This document shows, piece by piece, positions 49,646-61,855 of a stretch of 64,000 nucleotides of DNA. The stretch comes from Lingula anatina (taxonomy: Eukaryota; Animalia; Brachiopoda), in assembly GCA_051362555.1 (NCBI GenBank), contig CM120643.1, forward strand, positions 18,976,848-19,040,847, read 5' to 3'. A model generated the notes under the pieces. That model searched no databases. It was given only the letters and a program-made list of their open reading frames with translations, and was not told the DNA's origin. Position numbers and translations under genes: made by a program. Numbering within the stretch: position 1 is the stretch's first letter; every line of letters begins with the position of its first letter.

Positions 49646-52392
49646 AGAAACCATATTGTGCTTTTTTGTTTATTCAGTGTCATGAACTTAAGATACAAAG
49701 AACAACCTCATCTTAAATTGACAAAATAATTTCAAAGTGTTTGTATATAGTACTTCTTAATGTTTCGTAAATTATTTTCTGAGTAGCAAAAGATTCAGAA
49801 TATTCAGAAGAAACTCAGTAAACATCACAGTGGTACAGAATGTTTGAAATTCTGAGACAGCTGGCTAGCCTTCTAATTTCATCATTTCGCTTTCAGGAGG
49901 TGTTCCAGTGCCTTTTAAATATGAATATTGAGTGGACAGTTAATATATTGTTTTCATGTTTAAAAGATGCAAGCCATTATACATTAATTTCATTCCGCTC
50001 TTTTTGGTTATAATAATATTAGTTAAGCGTTTTAATCGACACGTGTAAATTCAGAGTCTTCGTAAAGCACGTTCACAGCAACACAAGTTAAAACCGGAAA
50101 TTGCCTTAATGATCTCACAAGTTTACAAGGCTGACTTCCATATAAAATACTGCTAAAGGCGCATCAAGTGTGAAGTGATATGAAAATTTCTCTTTTTAAA
50201 GATGCAAATAAAGCGAGTACTTATGTCTAATAATTTCCACTAAACCAGCCTTTACTTTAAAAGAGCACAAAATTTTGTTAAGTTATTTCCCCAAAAATGA
50301 TATTTGCTCAGATATTATATGTGCTTTACGGACTGGAGGGGAAATAAATAGGCCAAATTTACGACCAGAAATTTGAAAAAAGATGCAGTTTTGGAGTGTT
50401 TTTCACTGCTTCTCTAGAGGGTTATTTTGTTCGGTTGTTTTCTGGTGTATGGATTAAATTTGTGTCGTGTACGAAGCTGGTCTGATAATTTAAAAATGCT
50501 GCAAGACATTTACTCTTACTTCCTATGTACCTTTGAAATAACTATTGTTGTTGTCTTATTTATTTATTTATTTATTTTCAAAGAGACCATACAATTTTGG
50601 AAACGCTACCACCATGCGCATTTCATTTAATTTTGGATATTACTCTTTGCATTTACTAAAACGTCTAATTAAATGTTGGCCTAATTTATGCTTTTTGTCT
50701 GAAATAAAGCTTGTAAGGCACCGGCGTAAAGGAGTGGTGGCAGGAACGAAATTATGCACGTGAATGGTTGACAAAACCGAATTGATGTTTATCACACTCA
50801 TTCAAACCTAGACCAAAATGGCGTAGCATTTACTAAAGGATTACAGGATTTAAAAAATAGGTCTACAAATCTATAGCAATAGGAAGGTGAGACTAGGGTA
50901 CAATTAGAAATTCACTGGACAACAGTATAACCCTATGACTTTATTTAAAAGATGGAATTCTTAATTAAGTTGTGCATCTTGTTTTACGCCATGGTCTTTA
51001 CTTTAAACACTTTTAAAATCTGTTTTCCACCAAGTTGGTCCTTCTTCAGTGCCAGTTTTTATATTTGAAGATATTTTTGGAGAAACTTAAAACTAAACAT
51101 TTGACATTTTAACCGGTCAAATCTAGTTAACATTGACAATGACAGTGGAGTGGAATGTTTTTTCCTCTGTCTGTATAACCAAGTGAAGACTCCGAGCGTT
51201 TAACCATATTTCACTTTCGTGGCGTAATTTTGGCCAAACCTGAAGTTAACAAACTCAAATGGTCAACATGCGTTCATTATATAAAATACCTATATGCAGT
51301 GTAATTTTTTTCTCAGCAATAAAAACATTTTAGGCATTACTTAATATACTGGTTTCGCCTACTGCATTCTGGTTACTCTTGCAATCACGGAATTTTGGAA
51401 AACGGGAGTATAACATCAGACATTCAGATATATTTCTTTATACAAATTGCCATATTCTAATCTCTTACCATATTCAGTCGGTTGCAAGAAATTCTACACA
51501 TGACATGAATTGCATAATTATAAAATTGTATAAAATTTCATGCAATTCAATTTAAATATTTAGCTCTTGCTTACAGAGCATAAATGCACTTTGGTTCATA
51601 CGTTATGGTATTTTGCATCACTGGTCAAGCCAAAATGAAAAATCAATGCTAGATGTACAGGTTTTGTAACATTATGGTTCTTCGTCATACAAAATGTAAT
51701 TAACTAATACTGCTTACAGTGTTTCAAGCACTGTAATTTAGAAATTGTTCAATACGTTTACTCTATTATTATTTTCTAAAGGGGGGTCGTCCACGTGCGC
51801 CGACACACTCTCCAACTGCGCCGCGTATGGTGACGATGCCTGCACTGGAGTTTTTGAAGCCTGGGCAAAAGAAAACTGCCCCAAGACATGTAACTTCTGT
51901 GGTAATGAAAACAATTAATCGTATATAGTATCGTTTTTTTTATTAATTATTTTTTTTTTGCTAGAAACCATATTGTGTTTTTTTGTTTATTCAGTGTCAT
52001 GAACTTAAGATACAAAGAACAACCTCATCTGAAATTGACAAAATAATTTCAAGCTGTTTGTATATAGTACTTCTTAATGCTTCGTAAATGATTTTTTGAG
52101 TAGCAAAAGATTCAGAATATTCAGAAGAAACTCAGTAAACATCACAGTGGTACAGGATGTTTGAAATTCTGAGACAGCTGGCTAGCCTTCTAATATCATC
52201 GCTTCGCTTTCAGGAGGTGTTCCAGTGCCTCCTATGCCGACTCCGCCTCTACCAGGTGGTGAGTATTGTTATACCGTATGTTTATGTGAAACGTCTTTAA
52301 ACATGTGTAACATTTACATGTAAATTAATGGAAATTTAACTTATGTTAGAGTAACTCATTATACAGTATTCATGTAAAATATACAGAAATAG

Positions 52393-52425
<33 letters not shown>

Positions 52426-52445
52426 TGATGCACGTGCTATTTTAA

Positions 52446-52506
<61 letters not shown>

Positions 52507-53313
52507 TGTTATACGTTCACAGACTGGAATTCAAATTAATTATTACTGCTTTACTGCTGTTCAGTTTCTCGCATGTGCTGTGATATAACATTCATGTCTC
52601 CTCATTAACCCAAGGGAAAGTATAAGTACCGGCAAAGGACAAACACAAATATCGTGTTCGCTTTATTTGAAAGGTCCCTCTAGTAAAAGAATAGTGTTAG
52701 TTATTATATGACAATATTGAATTTTATTAAAATTTCGTAAAGTTATAGCATAAAAACAAATATCCAAACAAAAAATGCACGTATATTCATTTGTGGGGTT
52801 GCAAAGCGCGTACCTAAAAGAGAGTCCCGGATTCAGTGCTGCAAAGTTCCACGAAATTGCTTTAATGATCTCACAAGTTTACAAGGCTGACTTCCATATA
52901 AAATACTGCTAAAGGCGCATCATGTGTGAAGTGATATGAAAATTTCTCTTTTTAAAGATGCAGATAAAGAGAGTACTTATATCTAACAATTGCCACTAAA
53001 CCAGCCATTACTTTAAAAGAGCACAGAATTTTGTTACGTTATTTCCCCAAAAATGATATTTGCTCAGATATTATATGTGCTTTACGGACAGGAAGGGAAA
53101 TAAGTAGGCCAAATTTACGATCAGAAATTTGAAAAAGATGCAGTTTTGAAGCGTTTTTTACTGCTTCTCTAGAGGGTAATTTTGTTCGGTTGGTTTCTGG
53201 TATGGGGATAAAATTTGTGTCGTGTACGAAGCTGGTCTGATAATTTAAAAATGCTGCAAGACATTTACTCTTACTTCCTATGTATTATCTTTGAAATAAC
53301 TATTGTTGTTGTC

Positions 53314-53344
<31 letters not shown>

Positions 53345-55656
53345 TTTTTCAAAGAGACCATACAATTTTGGAAACGCTTAAACCATGTGCCTTTTTCAAA
53401 ATTTTGGATATTACTCTTTGCATTTACTAAAAAGCGCTGGTTAAATATTGGCCTAATTTATGCTTTCTGTCTGAAATAAAGCTTGCAAGGCACCGGTCTA
53501 AAGGAGTGGTGGCAGGAACGTATTTATGCACGCGAATGGTTGGCAAAACCGAATTGATGTTTATCACACTCGTTCAAAACTAGACCAAAATGGTCTAGCA
53601 TTTACTAAAGGATTACAAGATTTAAAAAAAGTAGGTCTACAAATCTATATCAATAGGAAGGTGAGACTAGGGTACAATTCGGAATTCACTGGACAACAGT
53701 ATAACCCTATGATTTTATTTAAAAGATGAAATTCTTTATTAAGTTGTGCATTTTGTTTTAGGCCATGGTCTTTACATTAAACACTTTTAAAATCTGTTTT
53801 CCACCAAGTTGGTCCTTCTTCAGTGCCTGTTTTTATATTTGAAGATATTTTTGGAGAAAATTAAAACTAAACATTTGACATTTTTACCGGTGAAATCTAG
53901 TTAACATTGACAATGACAGTGGAGTGGAATATTTTTTCCTCTGTCTGTATAACCCTCCGAGCGTTTAACCATATTCCACTTTCGTGCCGTAATTTTGGCC
54001 AAACCTGAAGTTATCAAACTCAAATGGTCAACATGCGTTCATTATATAAAATTACCTATTTGTAGTGTAATTTTTTCTCAGCAATAAAAACATTTTAGGC
54101 ATTACTTAATATACTGGTTTCGCCTACTGCATTCTGGTTACTCTTGCAATCACGGAATTTTGGAAAACGGGAGTATAACATCAGACATTCAGATATATTT
54201 CTTTATACAAATTGCCATATTCTAATACCTTACCAGATTCAGTCGGTTGCAAGAAATTCGACACATGACATGAGTTGCATAATTATAAAATTGTATAAAA
54301 TATCATGCAATTTGATTTACATATTTTACTCCTGCTTACAGAGCATAAATGCACTTTGGTTCATATGTTATGGCATGTTTGCATCACTGATCAAACCAAA
54401 ATGAAAAATCAATCGTGCAGCAAGGCACTGTACTTGCTAGACGTATAGGTTTTTTAACATATACTGGCACCTTCGTCATACAAAATGTCGTTAACTGATA
54501 TTGCTTACAATGTTTCAAGCACTGAAACTGAGAAATTATTCAATACGTTTACTCTATTATTATCTCTTAAAGGTGGGCCGTCCACGTGCGCCGACAAACT
54601 CTCCAACTGCGCCGCCTATGGTGACGAGGCCTGCACTGGAGTTTATGAAGACTGGGCAAAAGAAAACTGCGCCAAGACATGTAACTTCTGTGGTAATGAA
54701 AACTATTAATCGTATATACTATCGTTTTTTTTTTTTTTTTTTTTTTTTTGCTAGAAACCATATTGTGCTTTTTTGTTTATTCAGTGTCATGAACTTAAGA
54801 TACAAAGAACAACCTCATCTTAAATTGACAAAATAATTTCAAAGTGTTTGTATATAGTACTTCTTAATGTTTCGTAAATTATTTTCTGAGTAGCAAAAGA
54901 TTCAGAATATTCAGAAGAAACTCAGTAAACATCACAGTGGTACAGAATGTTTGAAATTCTGAGACAGCTGGCTAGCCTTCTAATTTCATCATTTCGCTTT
55001 CAGGAGGTGTTCCAGTGCCTTTTAAATATGAATATTGAGTGGACAGTTAATATATTGTTTTCATGTTTAAAAGATGCAAGCCATTATACATTAATTTCAT
55101 TCCGCTCTTTTTGGTTATAATAATATTAGTTAAGCGTTTTAATCGACACGTGTAAATTCAGAGTCTTCGTAAAGCACGTTCACAGCAACACAAGTTAAAA
55201 CGGGAAATTGCCTTAATGATCTCACAAGTTTACAAGGCTGACTTCCATATAAAATACTGCTAAAGGCGCATCACGTGTGAAGCGATATGAAAATTTCTCT
55301 TTTTAAAGATGCAAATAAAGCGAGTACTTATGTCTAACAATTGCCACTAAACCAGCCTTTACTTTAAAAAAGCACAGAATTTTGTTACGTTATTTCCCCA
55401 AAAATGATATTTGCTTAGATATTGTATGTGCTTTACGGACTGGAGGGGAAATAAGTAGCCCAAATTTACGATCAGAAATTTGAAAAAAGATGCAGTTTTG
55501 GAGCGTTTTTCACTGCTTCTCGAGAGGGTTATTTTGTTCGGTTGTTTTCTGGAGTATGGATTAAATGTGTGTCGTGTGCGAAGCTGGTCTGATAATTTAA
55601 AAATGCTGCAAGACACTTACTTCCTATGTACCTTTGAAATAACTATTGTTGTTGTC

Positions 55657-55691
<35 letters not shown>

Positions 55692-56824
55692 TTTTCAAAG
55701 AGACCATACAATTTTGGAAACGCTACCACCATGCGCCTTTTATTTAATTTTGGATATTACTCTTTTCATTTACTAAAAGGGCTAATTAAATTTTGGCCTA
55801 ATTTATGCTTTTTGTCTGAAATAAAGCTTGTAAGGCACCGGCCTAAAGGAGTGGTGGCGGAAACGTAATTATGCACGTGAATGGTTGACAAAACCGAATT
55901 GATGTTTATCAGACTCATTCAAACCTAGACCAAAATGGTGTGGCATTTACTAAAGGATTACAGGACTTAAAAAAATAGGTCTACAAATCTACATCAATAG
56001 GAAGGTGAGACTAGGGTACAATTAGAAATTCACTGGACAACAGTATAATTAACCTGAAATTTTTTGAACTGAAGATTTCAGTTGAAGATTTGAGATAACT
56101 TGTAGCTTAATTGTATCATGCGCGTGAACAGAATGAATCTAGCAAAATGAGGCCAGGCAGTGATGCCCCATGGTATAAGTAGCAACATGTGCCTCAATGG
56201 AGATTACCCCTCTAGGGCACAATTGAGCATGTGCAGAATGCACATGTGCGTAATTAAGCTCTGGAGATTGTTGTCGCCATAAAATGTCGTTTGACTACGC
56301 CAAACTTTCCTATATGCATTGTAATTTTTTCTCGGCAATAAAAACATTTTAGGCATTACTGAGTATGCAGGTTTCGCCTGCTGCATTTTGGTTACTCTTG
56401 CAATCACGGAATTTTGGAAAACGGTAGTATAACATCAGACATTCAGTTATATATATATATCTTTATACATAATGCCATATTCTAATCTCTTACCAGATTC
56501 AGTCGGTTGCAAGAAATTCGACACATGACATGAGTTGCATATTTATAAAATTGTATAAAATATCATGCAATTTGATTTACATATTTTACTCCTGCTTACA
56601 GAGAATAAATGCACTTTGGTTAATATGTTATGGCATGTTTGCATCACTGATCAAACCAAAATGAAAAATCAATCGTGCAGCAAGGCACTGTACTTGCTAG
56701 ACGTATAGGTTTTTTAACACATACTGGCACCTTCGTCATACAAAATGTCGTTAACTGATATTGCTTACAATGTTTCAAGCACTGAAATTTAGAAATTGTT
56801 CAATACGTTTACTCTATTATTATT
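46090..56824 (+). repeat. Tandem array of ~2.3-2.8 kb ShKT-exon units with a ~5.1 kb higher-order period
   Basis: ShKT exons start at 46730, 49458, 51782 and 54573. Identical spurious ORFs recur at an offset of 5115 bp (48100/53215, 49029/54144, 49370/54485). Confidence 0.9.
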
Positions 56825-58594
56825 TGCGAATGCGTAGATGGGTCAGCAGGCTTCTACAGATGTACAGAAAGGTAACAAGTTAAATTGAAGAAATGGAGGA
56901 GGGTTGGTTAAACCGTGAGCCCTTCATAGTTGTATTTTACTACGATATAAACTATGAGCTATAAGTAGGTGCAGCTGTTTGGTAATTTGCTATAATTCGA
57001 GCTAACACGTTAATAATAGTACATGTATAACAACAGTCTTAATGGATTTCAACCAGATCTACTGCACTTGAACAGCTGTCAGTTCTGTGCTAATATAAAT
57101 AATTTTTTACATAAAAGAAACGAGGAAAAAACATATTAAGGTATTTCTCCTTCTGTTCAATTTAGATGTCCCAAATACGATACTACTGGATTCCCGCCAC
57201 AGTGCTCAATGCAACCAGATCCAAACGACTCTTGCTGTAGGAAGCCAGTATGCAACTTGGGGGGAAGCACTGGAGCCGGAAGTGGCACTGGGACCTACCC
57301 AGGTATTTTCAAATGAGACGCACCTTTTTCTGGATTTCTTCATAGACTTCTATGTTCTGTCTCTAGATTGTAGTGAAAACAATACTGGGAATTTATAATC
57401 ATTATTTTTCGTTGGTATTTGCTTTATAATAAAGCATATTTTTTTAAATTCCTCATCAGCATCCGGCTGTCTCTATAATGGCAAGACATACAAACAGGGA
57501 GAAACGTGGAAAGATGGATGCAAGTACAGTTGCACCTGCACGAATGGGGCTACAGGCCTATACACGTGTAGTGCCATGTAAGGCAAAGTTGTTTTCATCA
57601 GTGTTATACAGCATTTGACAAAATCGCATTGTCGTATCCTATTAAAATGTATGAATGATGAAAATTCGTTCTCTACTTATTTGAAGGCAAACTTAAACAT
57701 TTCTGGTAATAACTTTTCCGAGTGCACTACCTACAACAATGTTGGACCACGTAAAAGTATAGATCTTAATTGGCGAAAAGTTAAAGTCAATAATTATTAA
57801 TAGAGAATGAAGATTGTTTTTTTTTTGTGGGAACTGTGGGGTAATATTATATTTTGGGATTCAAGCATACTGTAAATCATAAGCCACGCCCGCAAGAAAA
57901 TGCAGTAGTATCGAAGTAGCAAAGAAGCATTAACGCAGTAGTTGTGTGGAGCATATTTGCAGTAGAAATGCAGTATAGCCTACTGCAATTCTACTTCAAA
58001 AATTACATAGGGTTGTACAGAGGAGGAGCATTAATGCAGTAGATTAGCAGCATGATAGAAGCATGTTTCAAATATGCTAATTAGCTCCCACATCGAAGCA
58101 GATTTGAAGCATGTTTGCAGTATGATTGCAGTAGTCTACTGCGCTGGAGCATCTACTTCGTTTTCGTGCGGGCGTATCGGTTTGCGAAAGAACCAAATGC
58201 CTTCCCTACATACACGTTTGTACGATAGCGGTGATGGAATCTTTTTTTTTACTTGTGGAGTACAATAGTTTGTTTCAAATGCGAAAGAGACTAAAAAGAG
58301 ACAAAAATTAAACCTGTGGGTCGTGAACGCTTTTAGGTATGGTTTGACTCTTAAGGTAAAAATGTTGAGATTTCAAGGAAATAATTATTTTTCTAAGTAA
58401 AGGACTTGCGCTCATTTTGTGTATCTTTCAAAGCATAATTTATATCTTTCTGTCTCTACAGGTGCCTCCACTGGCAGTTACCAGAGGTTTGTTCCCTCCA
58501 GCCACGTCCAGGGAAATGTTGTCCTAAACCCTCGTGCCCACCTAACTATAGTATTAACTACCCACCAGGGATGTCCGAGAGCACCTTGCCATAG
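46730..58594 (+). CDS. Gene B copy 2, leaderless and rearranged: ShKT exons 46730-46849, 49458-49577, 51782-51901, 54573-54692; Pro exons 47166-47210, 52214-52258; VWC exons (56838)-56871, 57166-57302, 57460-57577, 58462-58594
   Basis: All listed exons are open with GT-AG ends. The promoter, leader exon, Gly/Ser exon and 5' half of the first VWC exon are deleted relative to 21388-29066. It may be a pseudogene or the 3' part of a fusion with A copy 4. Confidence 0.55.
57889..58172. mobile_element. EnSpm-like MITE (CCC..GGG ends, 2-bp TSD)
   Basis: CG|CCCGCAAGAAAA ... TTTTCGTGCGGG|CG; empty site GCCACGTATCGG at 28641-28652; repeated GCAGTAG motifs. Confidence 0.8.
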
Positions 58595-60030
58595 ACACCT
58601 GTATGTCCACGTGATACCTACTTGATGCAGCTGCTTGCACTTGTAGAACAGACACAGAGAAAAGATGCTTGAAAATAGTTGAGAATATTTCTCCATGCTC
58701 ATTTACGAGACTTGTTAATCAATTGATAGTATTGCTCAAGATTGCAATAATCTCGTCGATTTGTTTGTGCTTGTGATGATTTGAAATAAACAGATGAGAG
58801 TTTATTATGCAGTTTTACAAATCTTTCAGCAACACGCAAGAAAAAAGCCCTCCTCTATCGTGCAGACCCCTACATTCAAATTTGCACGGTAGCGGTGATA
58901 GAATCTTTTTTACTTGTGGAATTCAATAGTTTGTTTCAAATGCGAAAGAGACCAAAACAGACAAAAATTAAACCTGTGGGTCTTGAACGCCTTTATGTAA
59001 GGTTTGGCTCATAAAATAAAAATGTCGAGATTTCAAGGAAATAATTATTTTTCTAAGTAAAGGGCTTGCGCTCATTTTGTGTATATTTCAAACCATAACT
59101 TATTTTCGATCTATAGTAGATCCTTGTTTGAGCACTAACAAAATATCTCACGTGAAAAAGGCAAATTCTTTCCGGCAGATGTCGTAAAAGTCCACTCTTT
59201 AGTCGTGCCTTTGGCACCTATCCAGAAATGACTGCCTGGGTACTTTTGAGCATGCAGGTAGTCATTTTCCGATTGGTTTTCAATAACCACCAAGCTTGCA
59301 CCCACAGACGCACAGTTTTTGTCTGCTTCCGACCACGAGACTGCTTCGTCAACATAGAGGTACTGGCTATTCTAATTGATCGTCCATTGCACTGGAAGCA
59401 AGAAAAAATGCAGTATTATCGAGAGCTTTGTCTGAGATGAAAAGCCGGTACTCATGATACTAAATTTCACACCAGATTAAGATATAATAAAAACGAAATG
59501 TTAGATTAAAATCAAGAAAGCGAAACCAGACCTTTAAGTTTGCGAATGAACTCACGTTTTCTCTCGCAAACGAACCATTGTGCCGAGCTACAATCCCTAT
59601 CATTCCAGCTCCACTTTGTTGGATCTCTGCGCAGTCTTCGTTGTTGCCTAGGTCATTTGGTTCAGAACCACCCCAACCTGAAGTAGAAATAAAATAAAAT
59701 AATGTACTAGTATTCACCTTTAATGGCAATGAAGTTTGAAAATGTTGTTCTTGCAGCATAAAGGGGGGATGCATTATACCAGAAGACAGGTGCACTTTCA
59801 ATGAAAGCATAAATGTTCCTGTACCAAGCTCTTTTATTTCTGTCAGTAAATTCCTCTCTATAACTGGCAATCGTATAAGCTACATCAATCGTTGATATTC
59901 GAAGAAACCAGGGAAATATTGTAGACGAGATGCATGTTTTCTATACTAGAACCCAATTTTATCAAAGTAGCCTATCTGTGAAAGCAACTGGGTTGCCTTT
60001 GACAATCATCCAAGTACCCTCAGCCCTTAT

Positions 60031-61292
60031 AATAATAATAATAATAATAATAATATTTATTTCTTATATAGCGCATTCCATTTTTTACATTTCAATGCAC
60101 TTTACAAATAATTAAAAAGTCTAAAAATAACAATACTAAAATACTTTAACATTTACTGATAAAATTAATTAATTAAAGAAAGCAGAGAAAATTTATTGAT
60201 ATAACTTTAAAATACTACTAAAATTAACCCAAGCTCACTCTTAATAAATGATAAACAACTAAAAGGTTTAAAGGAACACTAGCCATAAAATTCTTTAAAA
60301 AGATGAGTTTTAAGACAGGCTTTAAAAGTATTATAGTCACTTTCAGCTCTGATAATAAAAGGCAATTTGTTCCACAATTTTGGAGCATAAACAGTAAAAG
60401 CCCGGTCTCCATAGAATTTGCTGCATTTTCTGTCTATTTCACAGTGATTGAGTATAAAATTGTTTTCAAAAGAGTTTCTTGTTAACCTGCGTGGTTCAGA
60501 TGACTGAATAAGATGTGCAATATAACCAGGTGTGTTTTCTTTAAAAGCTCTAAAAATTATGCACAACACTTTGAATAAAATTCTTTGTTTGATTGGCAGC
60601 CAATGCAATTCCTTTAACACTGGAGTGATATGATCCAAGCTCTGGTTCCTTATCTTTTTAACTAATCTGGCCGCTGAATTTTGAATCAATTGGATTTTTT
60701 TCAATTTGCTGTCACTCACCCCAAAAAGAATACTGTTGCAATAATCTAATTTTGATGTAATAAAAGCATGAACTAATTTTGTAGTTGTTTCTATATTTAG
60801 TAAATTCCGAATCTTCCCTATTCTCCACAGTGAAAAAGATGCCGACTTACAAACATTGTCTATATGCTTGTCAAAGATCCCAGCTGAATCAAAAAACACA
60901 CCTAAATTTCTAGCACTGACAGATGCTTTCACAGACACATTGCCAATGCGAACATTAGTGTTAGTAGCACAGTCCTTTCTATCTTTAAATTTAGATGAAA
61001 ACCAGATTATTTCCGTTTTAGTGTCATTTAGAGCCAGCTTATTTGAAAGCATCCACACCCGGATCTCATCAATACATTTCTCTATGTCTGACACTACAGA
61101 ATAATCACACCGACTATCACAAGTTACATAAATCTGAGTATCATCAGCAAAAATTGTGGTCTGAAGATTGTGCTTAGAAATGATCTCCTCAAGAGGCACC
61201 ATATAGAGTGAAAAAAAGTAGTGGGCCTAACACCGATCCCTGCGGAACACCATATTTCAGGGTTTCAGGGGCAGAAAGAAGGGAATTAATTT
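60031..61292 (-). mobile_element. 5'-truncated non-LTR retrotransposon (L2/CR1 group)
   Basis: RT motifs YGVPQGSVLGPLLF and FADDTQIY, C-terminal HITPVLKELHWLP..RAFTVYAPKLWNKLP..LKTHLF, (ATT)n 3' tail and CCTTAT TSD (60025-60030 and 61293-61298). Confidence 0.9.
60279..61260 (-). pseudogene. LINE ORF2 reverse transcriptase C-terminal fragment
   Basis: 307-aa open stretch 61202-60279; an extra base in the A7 run at 61211-61217 separates it from the upstream PQG motif. Confidence 0.85.
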
Positions 61293-61306
61293 CCTTATGC
61301 CGTTGA

Positions 61307-61855
61307 CAGGCCTAACCAACTACCAGACTCGGCACCTAAGCATCCTGAATTAACCGGTATATCGGCCCACACTACCCGTTTTCAAGGTGTGTGTCAGATC
61401 GCATTTCGGAGTATCAGTCAGAACACCGACAGGATGAGCCCACGCTCGGCTGTCACCTTGATTGGATAGTAAACGATTGTCGTATTTAATCGCTATATGA
61501 TTTTAAAACCGGGTGCATAAATATGAAAGCCACCTAGATGAACCTTAGACTGCCACATTAATCTAATACAATGCAAAAAAGCCCTATCAAAAGTGGTTAA
61601 AACATTCAAACCGAATGTCGTAAAGTCCCCATATACCCCCATAAAGACAATGAAATAGAGTACTCTAAAGTAAGAGTACAGTTTAAGGTTGTTCAGCCGA
61701 GCGTGGATGAGCCCGCAGTCGTCCTACAAAATTTGTTCTGGAGTATGAAACTCCGAAATGCGATCTGACACACACCTTGAAAACGGGTAGTGTGGTCCGA
61801 TATATCGGTTAATTCAGGATCCTTAGGTGCCGAGTCTGGTAGTTGGTTAGGCCTG
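61307..61855. mobile_element. MITE with ~115-bp TIRs and a 5-bp TSD
   Basis: GTTGA|CAGGCCTAACCAACTACCAGACTCGGCACCTAAG ... CTTAGGTGCCGAGTCTGGTAGTTGGTTAGGCCTG|GTTGA; empty site GTCGTTGATCCC at ~30504. Confidence 0.85.

Noticed and set aside
48100-54404. Identical repeated short ORFs (MCRVRSW.., MHANGWQ.., MQSRNFG..)
   Set aside because: Intronic sequence inside the 5115-bp duplication; not kept open in the more diverged units.
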